The notes: a model not told the origin generated them from the sequence alone. A DNA stretch of 64,000 nucleotides from Nitrosovibrio sp. Nv4 (GCA_943330455.2 CALQHT020000003.1:310-64309); one strand, 5' to 3'; shown: positions 37,707 to 47,640, counted from the stretch's first letter. Numbers and translations are program-made.

Positions 37707-40229
37707 TCACATCCCCGCCGGTTGTGCGGGACGGCGGACGATGTCTGCCCAGGATGTCTTGATGGAGTTCTTCAAGGACCGACGCAGATGTGGCGGAATT
37801 TGTTCGCGCAACTGGTCCTTCACACACCGCAGTTCCGCGCACATCGTGGCATAGCCCAGCAGCATCGCGCCACGGCGGGTGTTGGCAATCCGGTAGCTGG
37901 TCGCGACCACCTGTCCGTTCGCCCAGCCCTGCTTGTAAGCCTCCTCACCGATGCGGAAATCGTATTCCAGACCGCGTTCGTGGCACCATTTCAGACAGTC
38001 GGCGAGGATGATCTGCCCGGGTGAATAGGCCGCATAGGCCGGGTCATAAACGGTGACAAACCCCTCGTAGCGCGTGCCGTCGAGCACCCCGAGCTTCGTG
38101 GCAATCGTGACCCCATCCAGTCGAAGGGCGAACATCGCAAGGGTGCCGGTATCAGAGCGTGCCCGGGCCAGCGTCTGGAAGAAGTCGCGATACTCCGGCG
38201 TTCCCAGATACTCGTTGGCGACGTTCTTGGCCGTCATCCAATCCCGTTTGCGGGCCAACGTCCAATCGATCAGTTCGGCGAACACCGTCGGATCCTCGAT
38301 CCGGTCCAACGAGATCGTGCCCAGTTCGGCCAGACGGCGGCGGCGGCGGCCGAAGCCCTTGCGCAGGCTGGGGGCCAGAGTCTGCCAGTAGGCGTCCCAG
38401 GTCGGCGCGTTTTCCCACGACGTGAAGGGGGCCGGCATGCCGTGCGCGATACGTTGAACGGGATCGGCGGCGAGGAGCGTTTGCATTGGGCTGCCGTCGC
38501 GGACGAAGGGAAGCGCGATGACATCGGCACCGGTATGCCGCCGCACATGATCCCATGCCTGCCGCACATGTTCGGCTGCGTCGGGCCCGGCCTCCACCAG
38601 GAGCGAGTCGTATTCCGAGCTTTCCGAGCCCAGCGTGGTGACGGTGGTGCGGGTCCAGCCGCTTTGGATCGTCAGGGGCCAGATCAATACGACGCGGCCG
38701 TTCTCTCGCAACGTGACGATATGCAGGCGCCGACCGAGCGGTTGGCCGGTGGTCTGCCAGCCGGCGAGGCACCAGGCAAAGCCCTGTGCCGCGAAGGCGT
38801 TCGGCACGCGATGCCACAGCGCGTCCCATTCGGACCGCAGCGCCAGCAACCCTGCGAGATCGGTGGTCACGGTGAACCGGGCGTCCCGCGTTGCGTCTCT
38901 GGCAGAGTCGGAGTCCGGGATGGTGTCGGCGTGTTCCGGGGCGATGAAGGATCGGGGCGCATACCGGCAATAGGCGATCAGCATCGTGGCTTGCACCGCC
39001 AGCACCGCGATGGCGACACCGAGGATGCCGATCTGGGTGGCGACCGTCAGGGCGACGATCAGCACCGCCGTCAGGGCCACCTGCCACCGCAGCTCGATAT
39101 CGGGACGACCGACCGCCTTCAGAAGCTGAGAGCAGGTGGCGGCAAACGGCCGGGGCAGGGCTGACAGGCAGACGATCATCAGCACCGGGACCGCCTGGGT
39201 CCATTGCGCACCGAACACGATCGGCACGTAGATCGGGGCCAGGATCACCTGCAGCAGGACCAGCGGCACAACGATCGATCCGAGGGAACGAAGGCTCTGC
39301 CGGTAGCGGGCGGCCAACCGGGTGCGATCGGCGCGAACTTCGCAAAGATGCGGATAGACCGCGACACTCAATCCGTTGGTCAGGCCCAGCGCGATGCCCA
39401 GGCCGGCATTGAAGGCGAAGTAGTAGATGCCCAACGCCTCGACGCCGAGGAAGTAGCCGACCAACAGATTGTCGATATTCGCCTGGATCGTGGTCATCAA
39501 CTCCACGCCAAGGACGCTGCGGCTGAAACGTGCAATGTCGCGCCAACCGGTCAACAAGTCTCCCGCGCCATTCGGTCGGGTTGGCCGCCAGGCATGGCCG
39601 TAGCGGGTGACCACGACCCAGATCGGGGCGACCAGCAGCTTGGGCAGCACGATCGCCCACATCCCGAAGCCGCAAAGCGCCAGGATCGCGGTCAGGATGT
39701 TGTCGGCCGTCACTTGCAGCCCGCCGGCGAGCGCGATCCGGCCCAACTGGCCCTCGCGCTGCATGAAGGCACATTGGATGTTGCAGAGCGGCGTCGCGAG
39801 GTAGATCAGACCCATCAGGGCAATGGGCAGCGCCAATTCCGGCTTGCCGTAGAGCCAGGCGATCGGCTGGGCGATCAGCCCCTGCACGATCAGCAGCAAG
39901 ATGCAGACGATCCAGGTCAGCCAGTAGGCCGTCTGGGCAACCCGTTCGACTTCGTCGGGGCCTGCCTGCACGACCTTGGCGGAGATACCGTTGCGCGTGA
40001 ACAACGCGACCAGTTCGTAAATCGTCAGGACGATGGCGGCCATGCCGTAGTCATCGGGCAGCAACAGGCGGCTCAGGAAAACCGTTGTCGCCAGACGCGA
40101 TACGCGGATGCCGATCTGCGCGCCGCCCATCCAACCCAGGTTGCGGGTGAACGGATTGGCCAAGCGGGTGCGGAGGCGTCCGAAATGGACTTGCTCCAGG
40201 CAGTCACGGAAAAGGGCGGTGGTGGTCAT
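37707..40229 (-). CDS. Fusion: Wzx oligosaccharide flippase plus CelD/BcsL-type GNAT acyltransferase
   Basis: First ~425 aa multi-TM (LLPDDYGMAA, GIYYFAFNAG, LKAVGRP); last ~380 aa soluble (LRKGFGRRRRRL, YAAYSPGQIIL, YDFRIGEEAYK); single open frame. Confidence 0.85.
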   Translation of the reverse strand: MTTTALFRDCLEQVHFGRLRTRLANPFTRNLGWMGGAQIGIRVSRLATTVFLSRLLLPDDYGMAAIVLTIYELVALFTRNGISAKVVQAGPDEVERVAQTAYWLTWIVCILLLIVQGLIAQPIAWLYGKPELALPIALMGLIYLATPLCNIQCAFMQREGQLGRIALAGGLQVTADNILTAILALCGFGMWAIVLPKLLVAPIWVVVTRYGHAWRPTRPNGAGDLLTGWRDIARFSRSVLGVELMTTIQANIDNLLVGYFLGVEALGIYYFAFNAGLGIALGLTNGLSVAVYPHLCEVRADRTRLAARYRQSLRSLGSIVVPLVLLQVILAPIYVPIVFGAQWTQAVPVLMIVCLSALPRPFAATCSQLLKAVGRPDIELRWQVALTAVLIVALTVATQIGILGVAIAVLAVQATMLIAYCRYAPRSFIAPEHADTIPDSDSARDATRDARFTVTTDLAGLLALRSEWDALWHRVPNAFAAQGFAWCLAGWQTTGQPLGRRLHIVTLRENGRVVLIWPLTIQSGWTRTTVTTLGSESSEYDSLLVEAGPDAAEHVRQAWDHVRRHTGADVIALPFVRDGSPMQTLLAADPVQRIAHGMPAPFTSWENAPTWDAYWQTLAPSLRKGFGRRRRRLAELGTISLDRIEDPTVFAELIDWTLARKRDWMTAKNVANEYLGTPEYRDFFQTLARARSDTGTLAMFALRLDGVTIATKLGVLDGTRYEGFVTVYDPAYAAYSPGQIILADCLKWCHERGLEYDFRIGEEAYKQGWANGQVVATSYRIANTRRGAMLLGYATMCAELRCVKDQLREQIPPHLRRSLKNSIKTSWADIVRRPAQPAGM

Positions 40230-40235
40230 TGTGCC

Positions 40236-41330
40236 TTAACCGATCGGTGCGGGTTGCGCGGGAAGAGCGTGCGAGACGGTGGCGATCCGCGCCTGGGCCC
40301 GCGCCGATCGGGTCGCTACGTCTCGCAGCAGCGCGAGCCACCCGCCGATCGTCGCGTCCATTGCGCCGCGGACCGAGCCGCGCGCGGCGGCGCCCATCGC
40401 CACCAAGTCGTGGCCCGCGAGCCCGTGGATCGCAGCGGCGATCGATCCCGGCTCGCTCGGCTTGAACAGCATGCCCCAGGCGGAATCGACCTGCTCGATC
40501 AGGCCGTCGACGGAGGCCACCAGGATCGGCCGACCCGCGGCGCGTGCCTCGGCCGCGACCAACCCGAACGCCTCCCAGCGGGAAGGAACGACGACGGCAT
40601 CGATCCCGGCCAGGAAATCGGCTGGAGCATCGGTCGGGCCGGCGATGGACACATGGTCCAGACCGGCGGCGGCGGCACGCAGTGCGACCTCGTTCGGGCC
40701 ATAGCCGGCGAGTACCAAGGTGGCGACGGACGCGGGAACGCTGTGCATCGCCGCGACCAACAGGTCGAAGCCTTTTTGCGGCGCATACCGGCCATAGGCG
40801 CCCAGGCGCAGAGGGCCGGTTCGGCGGGCCAAATCCGGCACGTTCACGAAGGGCGCCGGGTTGCACGCATTCGGGATGACAGCCAACCGCTCGGGCGGGA
40901 CAAGTTGTGCGTCCCTCAGCCAGGCGGCCTGTCCTTGGGACACGGCCACCACGCGGTCGGCCAGGCGATAGGCGAGGCGCAGCATCGTCCGAAACCGGGC
41001 GCGATGCGGCACGCGCAACCGCTCATAGGCTTGGGTGTAGGAGTGCTCCACCAGCACCAGGATGCGGCCTTGGGTCCGAAGCCGCAGCGCCAGGAGGAAA
41101 GGCAGTTTCGACCAGTTCGGAGTGAAGTGAACGACGACGATCTCGGCGTTCGGCAGATCGGGCAGGAGCCGGTTCGTCGCCACCCGCAGCACATCGTGGG
41201 TAAAGCCATCACCAAGGTTCGGCAGGTAGTCCGCCAGCACGCGGGTCACGCCGCCAATCCCGGCATCGTCGATCAGATGCAGCACCTGGGTCATGATCTG
41301 GTTCTTTGCGTTGAAGTGTCGAAATGGCAT
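40236..41330 (-). CDS. Glycosyltransferase family 4
   Basis: GGVTRV, RYAPQKGFDLL, PSRWEAFGLVAAEA; start may be 41294. Confidence 0.92.
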   Translation of the reverse strand: MPFRHFNAKNQIMTQVLHLIDDAGIGGVTRVLADYLPNLGDGFTHDVLRVATNRLLPDLPNAEIVVVHFTPNWSKLPFLLALRLRTQGRILVLVEHSYTQAYERLRVPHRARFRTMLRLAYRLADRVVAVSQGQAAWLRDAQLVPPERLAVIPNACNPAPFVNVPDLARRTGPLRLGAYGRYAPQKGFDLLVAAMHSVPASVATLVLAGYGPNEVALRAAAAGLDHVSIAGPTDAPADFLAGIDAVVVPSRWEAFGLVAAEARAAGRPILVASVDGLIEQVDSAWGMLFKPSEPGSIAAAIHGLAGHDLVAMGAAARGSVRGAMDATIGGWLALLRDVATRSARAQARIATVSHALPAQPAPIG

Positions 41331-41354
41331 TGGGGTGCCGGGGCGACCGAAGGA

Positions 41355-42443
41355 TCAGGCTGACGGGACGCCGGCGGCCCTGGTCACGGCCGCGAACGGC
41401 GCTTCCGGCATCAGGCGGAGCAAGGCGCAGGCGGCCAAGGTGGTCAGCGTCTTCACCGGCTCTCGCACCAGCAGCGCGGGGCACAGGCGCAAGCCTTCCC
41501 ACGCCATCTGAAAGGCCAGGCCACGGTCGCGCATCTGGAAGCACCGGCGCGCGAGGTAGCGCAGTTCTCTGGCGCGGGCCTCGCGACCGTGGGCGGCGAT
41601 GAAATCCGGGGCGTAGGCGGCAATCTTGTCGTAGACGCGCTCCCAGCTTGCCAACTGGCGGATCACATCGGCGGACAGACCGCCGGCGTTGACCCGATAG
41701 CGGGTCAATTCCCCGGGCACTCCGGCGAAGCCCCAATCGGTGGTCAGCGCGATCCGCACCCAGCACTCCACGTCTTCCGACTGGCGCAGGGTCTCGTCGA
41801 AATACCAGACGCGATCCGGCGTGCCGTCAGTCAGAGACGCCAAACCGTTGATTGTGCGCTGCCCTTCACGCGATGCGCCGCGTCCATTGGGTTCGGCCGA
41901 GCCACTGGCGGTCGGGCGAAGGGCGGCTTGCTCCAGGGTCGCCTTGCGAAACACCGGGATCGAGCCATTGCGGATCACCTGACCGCAGAACACGTTGCGC
42001 GCGGTCACCGCGCCAAGCAGCGGGCGTTGACGGATCCCTACCGGCCGATCGGCCTCGTCGATCAGTTCGGCGCCCGCATAGCAAACCCCGACATCCGGAT
42101 TGGCGCGCAGCAAGGCCACATGGGTGGCAAGTTTGTCCGGTGCGAACATGTCGTCGGAGTCCAGCAGGGCGACGAACTCCCCGCGTGCCGCCGCGATCCC
42201 GGTGTTGCGGGCACCGGCCAGACCGCGATTGGCCTGATGCAGGATGCGGGTCCGGTGGTCGGCCATTGCCTCGCACAACGCGACGCTGCGATCGCTGCCA
42301 CCGTCGTCGACGATGATGAGTTCGAAATCCTGGAAGCTCTGCGCATAGACCGACCGGATCGCCTGCACGACGAAACGCTCGACATTGTAGACGGGCATGA
42401 TCACGCTGACGGCGGGCGCTTCGGTGGTTTGGACGTCGTTCAT
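41355..42443 (-). CDS. Glycosyltransferase family 2 (with internal insertion)
   Basis: VSVIMPVYN, VDDGGSD, ARNTG, LDSDD, SEDVECW. Confidence 0.92.
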   Translation of the reverse strand: MNDVQTTEAPAVSVIMPVYNVERFVVQAIRSVYAQSFQDFELIIVDDGGSDRSVALCEAMADHRTRILHQANRGLAGARNTGIAAARGEFVALLDSDDMFAPDKLATHVALLRANPDVGVCYAGAELIDEADRPVGIRQRPLLGAVTARNVFCGQVIRNGSIPVFRKATLEQAALRPTASGSAEPNGRGASREGQRTINGLASLTDGTPDRVWYFDETLRQSEDVECWVRIALTTDWGFAGVPGELTRYRVNAGGLSADVIRQLASWERVYDKIAAYAPDFIAAHGREARARELRYLARRCFQMRDRGLAFQMAWEGLRLCPALLVREPVKTLTTLAACALLRLMPEAPFAAVTRAAGVPSA

Positions 42444-42459
42444 GGCTGGGTCTCCGATG

Positions 42460-43431
42460 TCAGCGGGAAATCGTGGCGCGGACGACGCCGGCGGGCAGGG
42501 TGGCGCAGGCCAGGGCACCGGCCGCGGTCATCAGGGAGCGGCGCAGGCCGCCGGCGATCAGGGCGATCGGGCTGTAACGCAGCGCCAGCAACATGTGGTT
42601 CAGCGCCTCGCTCGAACCCTGGCCGGTGCGCAGTGCCCGTCGCGCCAGGTAACGATGGAACAGCGCCCGTGCCCCGGGTTCGGCGGCGCCAATCTTGGCC
42701 CGAGCGTAACCACGGGCGCGTTCGATCATCGCCTCCCAGCCCGCCTGCATCGCGCCGAGATCGGCCGACAAGCCAGCGGCGGACATCCGATAGTCCACCA
42801 GCGCAGCGTCGATACCGCGGATTTCCCAGGCCGTGATCGCGAGCACCCGCACCAGCCATTCCTGGTCCTCGGCGTGCTTCATCGTCAGGTCGAAACCGCC
42901 AACGCTATCGAGCACCGACCGTCGCGCGACGATGTTGGAGGTGGTGCAGACCGGGTTTTCACCCAGCACATGCGACAGGGTCAGCCGATCGACATGGGCG
43001 GACATGCGACCGGGCTGCGCCATCGCGGCGTCATAGAAGCGGGTGCGCGCAAATGACACGCCAAGGCATGGTTCCATGGCGAAACGGGTGCGGTGGCGTG
43101 CCAGCAGGTCGTCGGCCCAACGGTCGTCGCTGTCGAGAAACGCGACCAATGTCCCGATCCCATCCGCGGCGCCGTGATTGCGGGCGGCGGCGGGACCCTT
43201 GTTCTCCTGCACCAGGATGCGAACCCGGGGATCTCCAGCCGCGGCGGCCAGCGCCACGGCGGCGGAATCGTCGGGAGAACCGTCATCGACGATCAGCAGT
43301 TCAAAGGACGGTTCGGTTTGGGTCAGGACGCTCCGAACCGCGACACCAATGGTCTCCCGGGCGCGGAAGCAGGGCATGACGACGGTAAAAAGCGGAGTGG
43401 GATCCGGATGGAGGGCCGGGACAGGGAGCAT
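42460..43431 (-). CDS. Glycosyltransferase family 2
   Basis: VVMPCF, VDDGSPD, ARNHG, FLDSDD, AEDQEW. Confidence 0.92.
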   Translation of the reverse strand: MLPVPALHPDPTPLFTVVMPCFRARETIGVAVRSVLTQTEPSFELLIVDDGSPDDSAAVALAAAAGDPRVRILVQENKGPAAARNHGAADGIGTLVAFLDSDDRWADDLLARHRTRFAMEPCLGVSFARTRFYDAAMAQPGRMSAHVDRLTLSHVLGENPVCTTSNIVARRSVLDSVGGFDLTMKHAEDQEWLVRVLAITAWEIRGIDAALVDYRMSAAGLSADLGAMQAGWEAMIERARGYARAKIGAAEPGARALFHRYLARRALRTGQGSSEALNHMLLALRYSPIALIAGGLRRSLMTAAGALACATLPAGVVRATISR

Positions 43432-43469
43432 GGCGAGACCTCACATAACGTTGTGTCCCCGCCATCCTT

Positions 43470-43484
43470 TCAAATGCCGCGCCA
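43470..43484 (-). promoter_or_regulatory. Weaker sigma54-like promoter upstream of the GT2 operon
   Basis: Minus strand TGGCGCGGCATTTGA: correct spacing, GA instead of GC at -12, about 40 bp before the ATG at 43431. Confidence 0.4.
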
Positions 43485-43741
43485 CGGCCCCGGATGCTCA
43501 ATATCCTGTGTTTTTTCAGATGGTTGATGGTGCCGGTCGGTTCGGCGGCAGGAAAATGCCAACCCAAAACCGTCCGAATTTGGGAAACCGCCGCATTGCG
43601 GGAGACCAACTCTCCCATTTTGCGAGATCAATGCGGGACGGTTCACACCCGCTCGCAGATAAAATAGGCGAATTCAATTAGTTAACCAGAAGGCACAGAA
43701 CCTGCGGAGGTCCCGGCATCACCGATTGCCCGGAGGCCACC

Positions 43742-45166
43742 ATGTTTATCCAATCGCCACCCAACGTTCGTGCTCTCGCCTCGAACGCGTCCTGGATCCC
43801 GACAAAGCCGCCAACCGAGGAGCTATTCGGCCTCGCGGTGTCCAACTCCTCGGTTGCCGACATGCTCGACTGGCTATGTGCGCGTCTGGATCGGGGCGAG
43901 CCGACCCGCGTGGCGTTTCTGAACGCGCATTGTGTGAACCTGGCCGCGGCGGACGCAAAGTATCAAGCCGCCCTCAGCAGCGCCGATGTAGTGTTGCCGG
44001 ATGGTTCGGGGATCGCGCTGGCTGTCCGGTTGAAGGGATTGCGGCTTCTGGCCAATCTGAACGGGACAGACCTGATCCCACGGTTGGGCGCGCGCCTCGC
44101 CGCTTCGGGCCGGTCGGTCTTTCTGGTCGGCGGCCGCCCCGGTGTCGCCGCCAACGCGGCGGCGGTGCTGGCCAAAACCTGCCCGGGCCTTCGCATCGCC
44201 GGTACTCACCACGGCTATTTCGCGCCGGAGGAGGAAGATGCCGTCATCGAGGCCATCAACATGTCCGGCGCCGACGTGGTTCTGGCCGCGTTCGGCGTGC
44301 CGCGCCAGGACGTCTGGCTGGAGAAAGTTGCCCCGCGCCTGACCGCGACCTTGAGCTTCGGCGTCGGCGGCCTGTTCGATTTCCTGTCCGGTCGCATTCC
44401 GCGTGCCCCACGCGCGCTGCGGGCGGCTGGATTGGAATGGACCTATCGTCTCTATCAAGAGCCGGCCCGGATGTGGCGCCGCTATATCCTGGGCAACCCG
44501 GAGTTCGTGGGGCGAGCAGTGGCGGGTGCGTTCCCTTGGGTGGGACGGGCGTGCGAGAAGGTTGACCTTACGCTGAAGCGCGGCCTTGACGTTGTGGGTT
44601 CGGCGGTCGGGCTGGTGCTTCTGGCCCCGCTGTTCCTGGGCGTGTCGATCGCGATCCGTGTGACCTCGCCGGGTCCGGCACTGCTGCGCCAGACGCGGAT
44701 CGGCCAGGACGGTGTGCCGTTCACCTTGTTCAAGTTCCGTTCGATGTATCGGGACGCGGAGGCCAGGCGGGCGGAACTGGAGAAGCAGAACGAGCATGGC
44801 GCGGACGGGGTGACGTTCAAGCTGCGCCGCGACCCGAGGATCACGCCGATCGGTCGCCTGCTGCGGCGCAGCTCGATCGACGAGTTGCCGCAATTGCTGA
44901 ACGTGCTGCTGGGCCAGATGTCGCTGGTCGGTCCGCGCCCGCCACTGCCGGATGAGGTCGCGCGCTATCGTCCGGAGGAGCGGCGTCGTTTGGCCGGCAA
45001 GCCGGGCCTGACCTGCGTGTGGCAAGTCAGCGGCCGCGCCGACCTGCCGTTCGCCCGCCAGGTGGAACTCGACGTCGATTACCTGGCGCGGCGCAACATC
45101 TTCCGCGATCTGGCAATCCTGCTGCGCACCGTGCCGGCGGTGCTCACCGCGCGCGGCGCCTATTGA
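43742..45166 (+). CDS. Fusion: WecB/TagA/CpsF glycosyltransferase plus bacterial sugar (priming) transferase
   Basis: NAHCVN, LPDGSG, NLNGTDL, GVPRQD, GGLFDF; then LKRGLDV, FKFRSM, SSIDELPQLLNV, SLVGPRP, KPGLT. Confidence 0.92.
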   Translation: MFIQSPPNVRALASNASWIPTKPPTEELFGLAVSNSSVADMLDWLCARLDRGEPTRVAFLNAHCVNLAAADAKYQAALSSADVVLPDGSGIALAVRLKGLRLLANLNGTDLIPRLGARLAASGRSVFLVGGRPGVAANAAAVLAKTCPGLRIAGTHHGYFAPEEEDAVIEAINMSGADVVLAAFGVPRQDVWLEKVAPRLTATLSFGVGGLFDFLSGRIPRAPRALRAAGLEWTYRLYQEPARMWRRYILGNPEFVGRAVAGAFPWVGRACEKVDLTLKRGLDVVGSAVGLVLLAPLFLGVSIAIRVTSPGPALLRQTRIGQDGVPFTLFKFRSMYRDAEARRAELEKQNEHGADGVTFKLRRDPRITPIGRLLRRSSIDELPQLLNVLLGQMSLVGPRPPLPDEVARYRPEERRRLAGKPGLTCVWQVSGRADLPFARQVELDVDYLARRNIFRDLAILLRTVPAVLTARGAY

Positions 45167-45310
45167 ACCCACGCGATTGCCGAATGGCTGATGACAGCTT
45201 GCACGGTAGTCGGTCTATTAGCGCCTCGCCCTGGCGCCGATGCGCAAACCCGCGTTCGGCGCCCAGGATCGGAGCCCGTTTGGATGCAGCCAGTCGCGCG
45301 GAGCGATGCC

Positions 45311-46024
45311 ATGGACGATCCCGGACCGCGACGTGTCTTGCTGGCTGTCGACGGCGCCACGGTCGCGGTCCTGACCCGCGTTCTGTTTGAGCGTTTGGGA
45401 TATGAGGTATCGCGGATCCGGTGCGACGCGACCGCCATCGATGCCGTATCGGGGACCCGGTTCAATCTCGCGGCCATCGAGGCCGCTGCGGATGGGGCGG
45501 AAGCGGTGGCCGCGGCCTGTGCCAGCGGTTTCGCTTCTGGACCCGTTCCCGTGTTGTCGCTCGCGGCGCCGGGATCGGTCATCCATTGTGCCGCGGCGAG
45601 TGTCACGCTGCCCCTGACCGTGGCCGCCTTGCGAGCGGCCGTGGGAGAATGTCAGCGCCAAAGCGATACCGAGGCGGGAACCGGCATCGACATGAAAGCG
45701 ATCGAGGAACTCTGGGGAGGGACCGACAGTCCCGCGTTTCTGGCGGTCGCCAGGATGTTCCTCACCGAGCTGGACCGGCGGCTCGATCAACTGGCCACGG
45801 CGCTGGCCGCGGTCCGTCGCGGCGATGTCGAACTTCACGCCCATGCGATCAAGGGCGCTGCCGGCAGCGTCGGGGCGACGGCAATCAGCTCCGCCGCCGC
45901 CAGGCTGGAGTCCCATGTCAATGGTGACGACACCGAACTGCGCGCCCGGTTCGACGCGCTGACGGCAGCGGCGCAGCGCGGAGCTTCGGCGCTGCGGGCG
46001 ATCGTCGACCGGCCAGCGACCTGA
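45311..46024 (+). CDS. Pseudo-receiver plus Hpt phosphotransfer protein (LuxU-like role)
   Basis: C-terminal Hpt LHAHAIKGAAGSVGA; N-terminal receiver-like fold lacking the acceptor Asp; start uncertain (45191 or 45311). Confidence 0.8.
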   Translation: MDDPGPRRVLLAVDGATVAVLTRVLFERLGYEVSRIRCDATAIDAVSGTRFNLAAIEAAADGAEAVAAACASGFASGPVPVLSLAAPGSVIHCAAASVTLPLTVAALRAAVGECQRQSDTEAGTGIDMKAIEELWGGTDSPAFLAVARMFLTELDRRLDQLATALAAVRRGDVELHAHAIKGAAGSVGATAISSAAARLESHVNGDDTELRARFDALTAAAQRGASALRAIVDRPAT

Positions 46025-46032
46025 GCACGGTC

Positions 46033-47457
46033 ATGGCAGAACAACGCAACATCCTGATCGTCGAGGACAGCCCGACCCTGGCAATGGCCTGGCGGATGCA
46101 ATTGGAGCCCGGCGGCTACAACATCATCGTGGCCGAGGACGGCAAGGCGGCCTACGCGATCCTGCGTGCCCAACCGATCGACTGCATGCTGCTGGACCTG
46201 AAGCTGCCCGACATGGATGGCATCGACATCCTGGAGGAAGTGAAGACCTGGCCAACACCGCCGGCGGTCGTGGTGGTGACCGCCAACGCCTCCCTTGCCA
46301 CCGCCGTCCGGGCCGTGCGCGGGGGTGCGTTCGACTATCTGGTAAAGCCTTTTGCCGCCAACCGCCTGACCACGACGGTCGAGAACGCGCTGAGCACCAT
46401 CGACCTGCGGCGGGAAGTGGCGATCCTGCGGCGTACGGTCGAGCGCGCCGAATTTGCCAACATGATCGGCCGTTCCATGCCGATGCAGGCGGTCTATCGT
46501 ACCATCGAGGCGGCGGCTCAGAGCACCGCGAGCGTGTTCGTCACCGGTGAGTCGGGCACCGGCAAGGAACTCGCGGCCGAGGCATTGCACCAACTCAGTC
46601 CCCGCAAGTCGCGCCCGTTCGTCGCGCTGAACTGCGGCGCCATTCCCAACGATCTGCTGGAGAGTGTGATCTTCGGTCACGTCAAAGGGGCATTCACCGG
46701 GGCTACGGCGGACCAGGAAGGGGCCGCCGCCCGCGCCGACGGCGGCACGTTGTTCCTGGACGAAATCGGGCAAATGCACCCGCTGTTGCAGACCAAGCTG
46801 CTGCGTTTCATCCAGACCAGCAGTTATGAGCGGGTTGGCGATCCGCGCACCCGGCGCGCGGATATCCGCTTCATCGCCGCGACCAACCGCAATCCGGCCG
46901 AGGCGGTGCGGGCGGGAAACCTGCGGGAGGATCTGTTCTACCGGTTGAATGTGGTGCCCATCCGCATGCCTCCCCTGCGCGACCGGGGCGAGGACATCGT
47001 CTTGATCGCGCGCCGCTTCCTGACCCAATTCTCTACCGCGGAACAACGCCACTTCAAGAACTTCGCCCCCGAAGTCGAAGCTCGGCTGCAAGCCTATTCG
47101 TGGCCCGGCAATGTGCGCCAATTGCAGAATGTCGTGCGCAACATCGTCGTGCTGCACGACGCCAAGACCGTCACCTTGGATATGCTGCCCGCGTTGGAGG
47201 AGCCGACCGCGCTACCGGTTGAAATGTCCAGGGAGCCTTCCGCCGTTTCGCCTGGATCGGCCGCACCCGTCGAACTGGTCGGCGTCGTGGGGCTGCCCAC
47301 CCGACCGGAGGATATCGAAAAACTGGCGATTTCCGAACGCCGTTACATCGAAAATGCCATCGCGGTTTGCGGCGGCAATCTGCAACTCGCGGCGCGACGC
47401 CTGGGTGTCAGCCCGTCCACCATCTACCGCAAGAAGGAGGCCTGGCAGGCTGGATAA
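46033..47457 (+). CDS. Sigma54-dependent response regulator, LuxO/SypG-like (REC-AAA+-HTH)
   Basis: LLDLKLPD receiver, TGESGTGKE, GAFTGA, FLDEIG, C-terminal LGVSPSTIYRKKEAW resembling LuxO. Confidence 0.93.
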   Translation: MAEQRNILIVEDSPTLAMAWRMQLEPGGYNIIVAEDGKAAYAILRAQPIDCMLLDLKLPDMDGIDILEEVKTWPTPPAVVVVTANASLATAVRAVRGGAFDYLVKPFAANRLTTTVENALSTIDLRREVAILRRTVERAEFANMIGRSMPMQAVYRTIEAAAQSTASVFVTGESGTGKELAAEALHQLSPRKSRPFVALNCGAIPNDLLESVIFGHVKGAFTGATADQEGAAARADGGTLFLDEIGQMHPLLQTKLLRFIQTSSYERVGDPRTRRADIRFIAATNRNPAEAVRAGNLREDLFYRLNVVPIRMPPLRDRGEDIVLIARRFLTQFSTAEQRHFKNFAPEVEARLQAYSWPGNVRQLQNVVRNIVVLHDAKTVTLDMLPALEEPTALPVEMSREPSAVSPGSAAPVELVGVVGLPTRPEDIEKLAISERRYIENAIAVCGGNLQLAARRLGVSPSTIYRKKEAWQAG

Positions 47458-47528
47458 TGCCAGTTTGTGACAGGGGCGACGCTCTTGCGGCTGCGAACCA
47501 AACTTGTGCGATCGAGTACGCGCCTCAC

Positions 47529-47640
47529 CGTCATTGCGGGGCTTGACCCGGCAACCCACGCTTCAGCAGCAGGGGGCGGGTTGCCGGATCAAGGCCCGCA
47601 ATGGCGATGAGGTGACGCTTATGGGTCATTGTTTCGGCCG
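47529..47640 (+). repeat. 112-bp palindromic dispersed repeat, copy B
   Basis: CGTCATTGCGGGGCTTGACCCGGCAACCC..GGGTTGCCGGATCAAGGCCCGCAATGGCG; intergenic between convergent genes. Confidence 0.88.

Noticed and set aside
43548-43561. Third sigma54-like site (minus strand TGGCATTTTCCTGC)
   Set aside because: GG-to-GC spacing is 9 nt, not the required 10.
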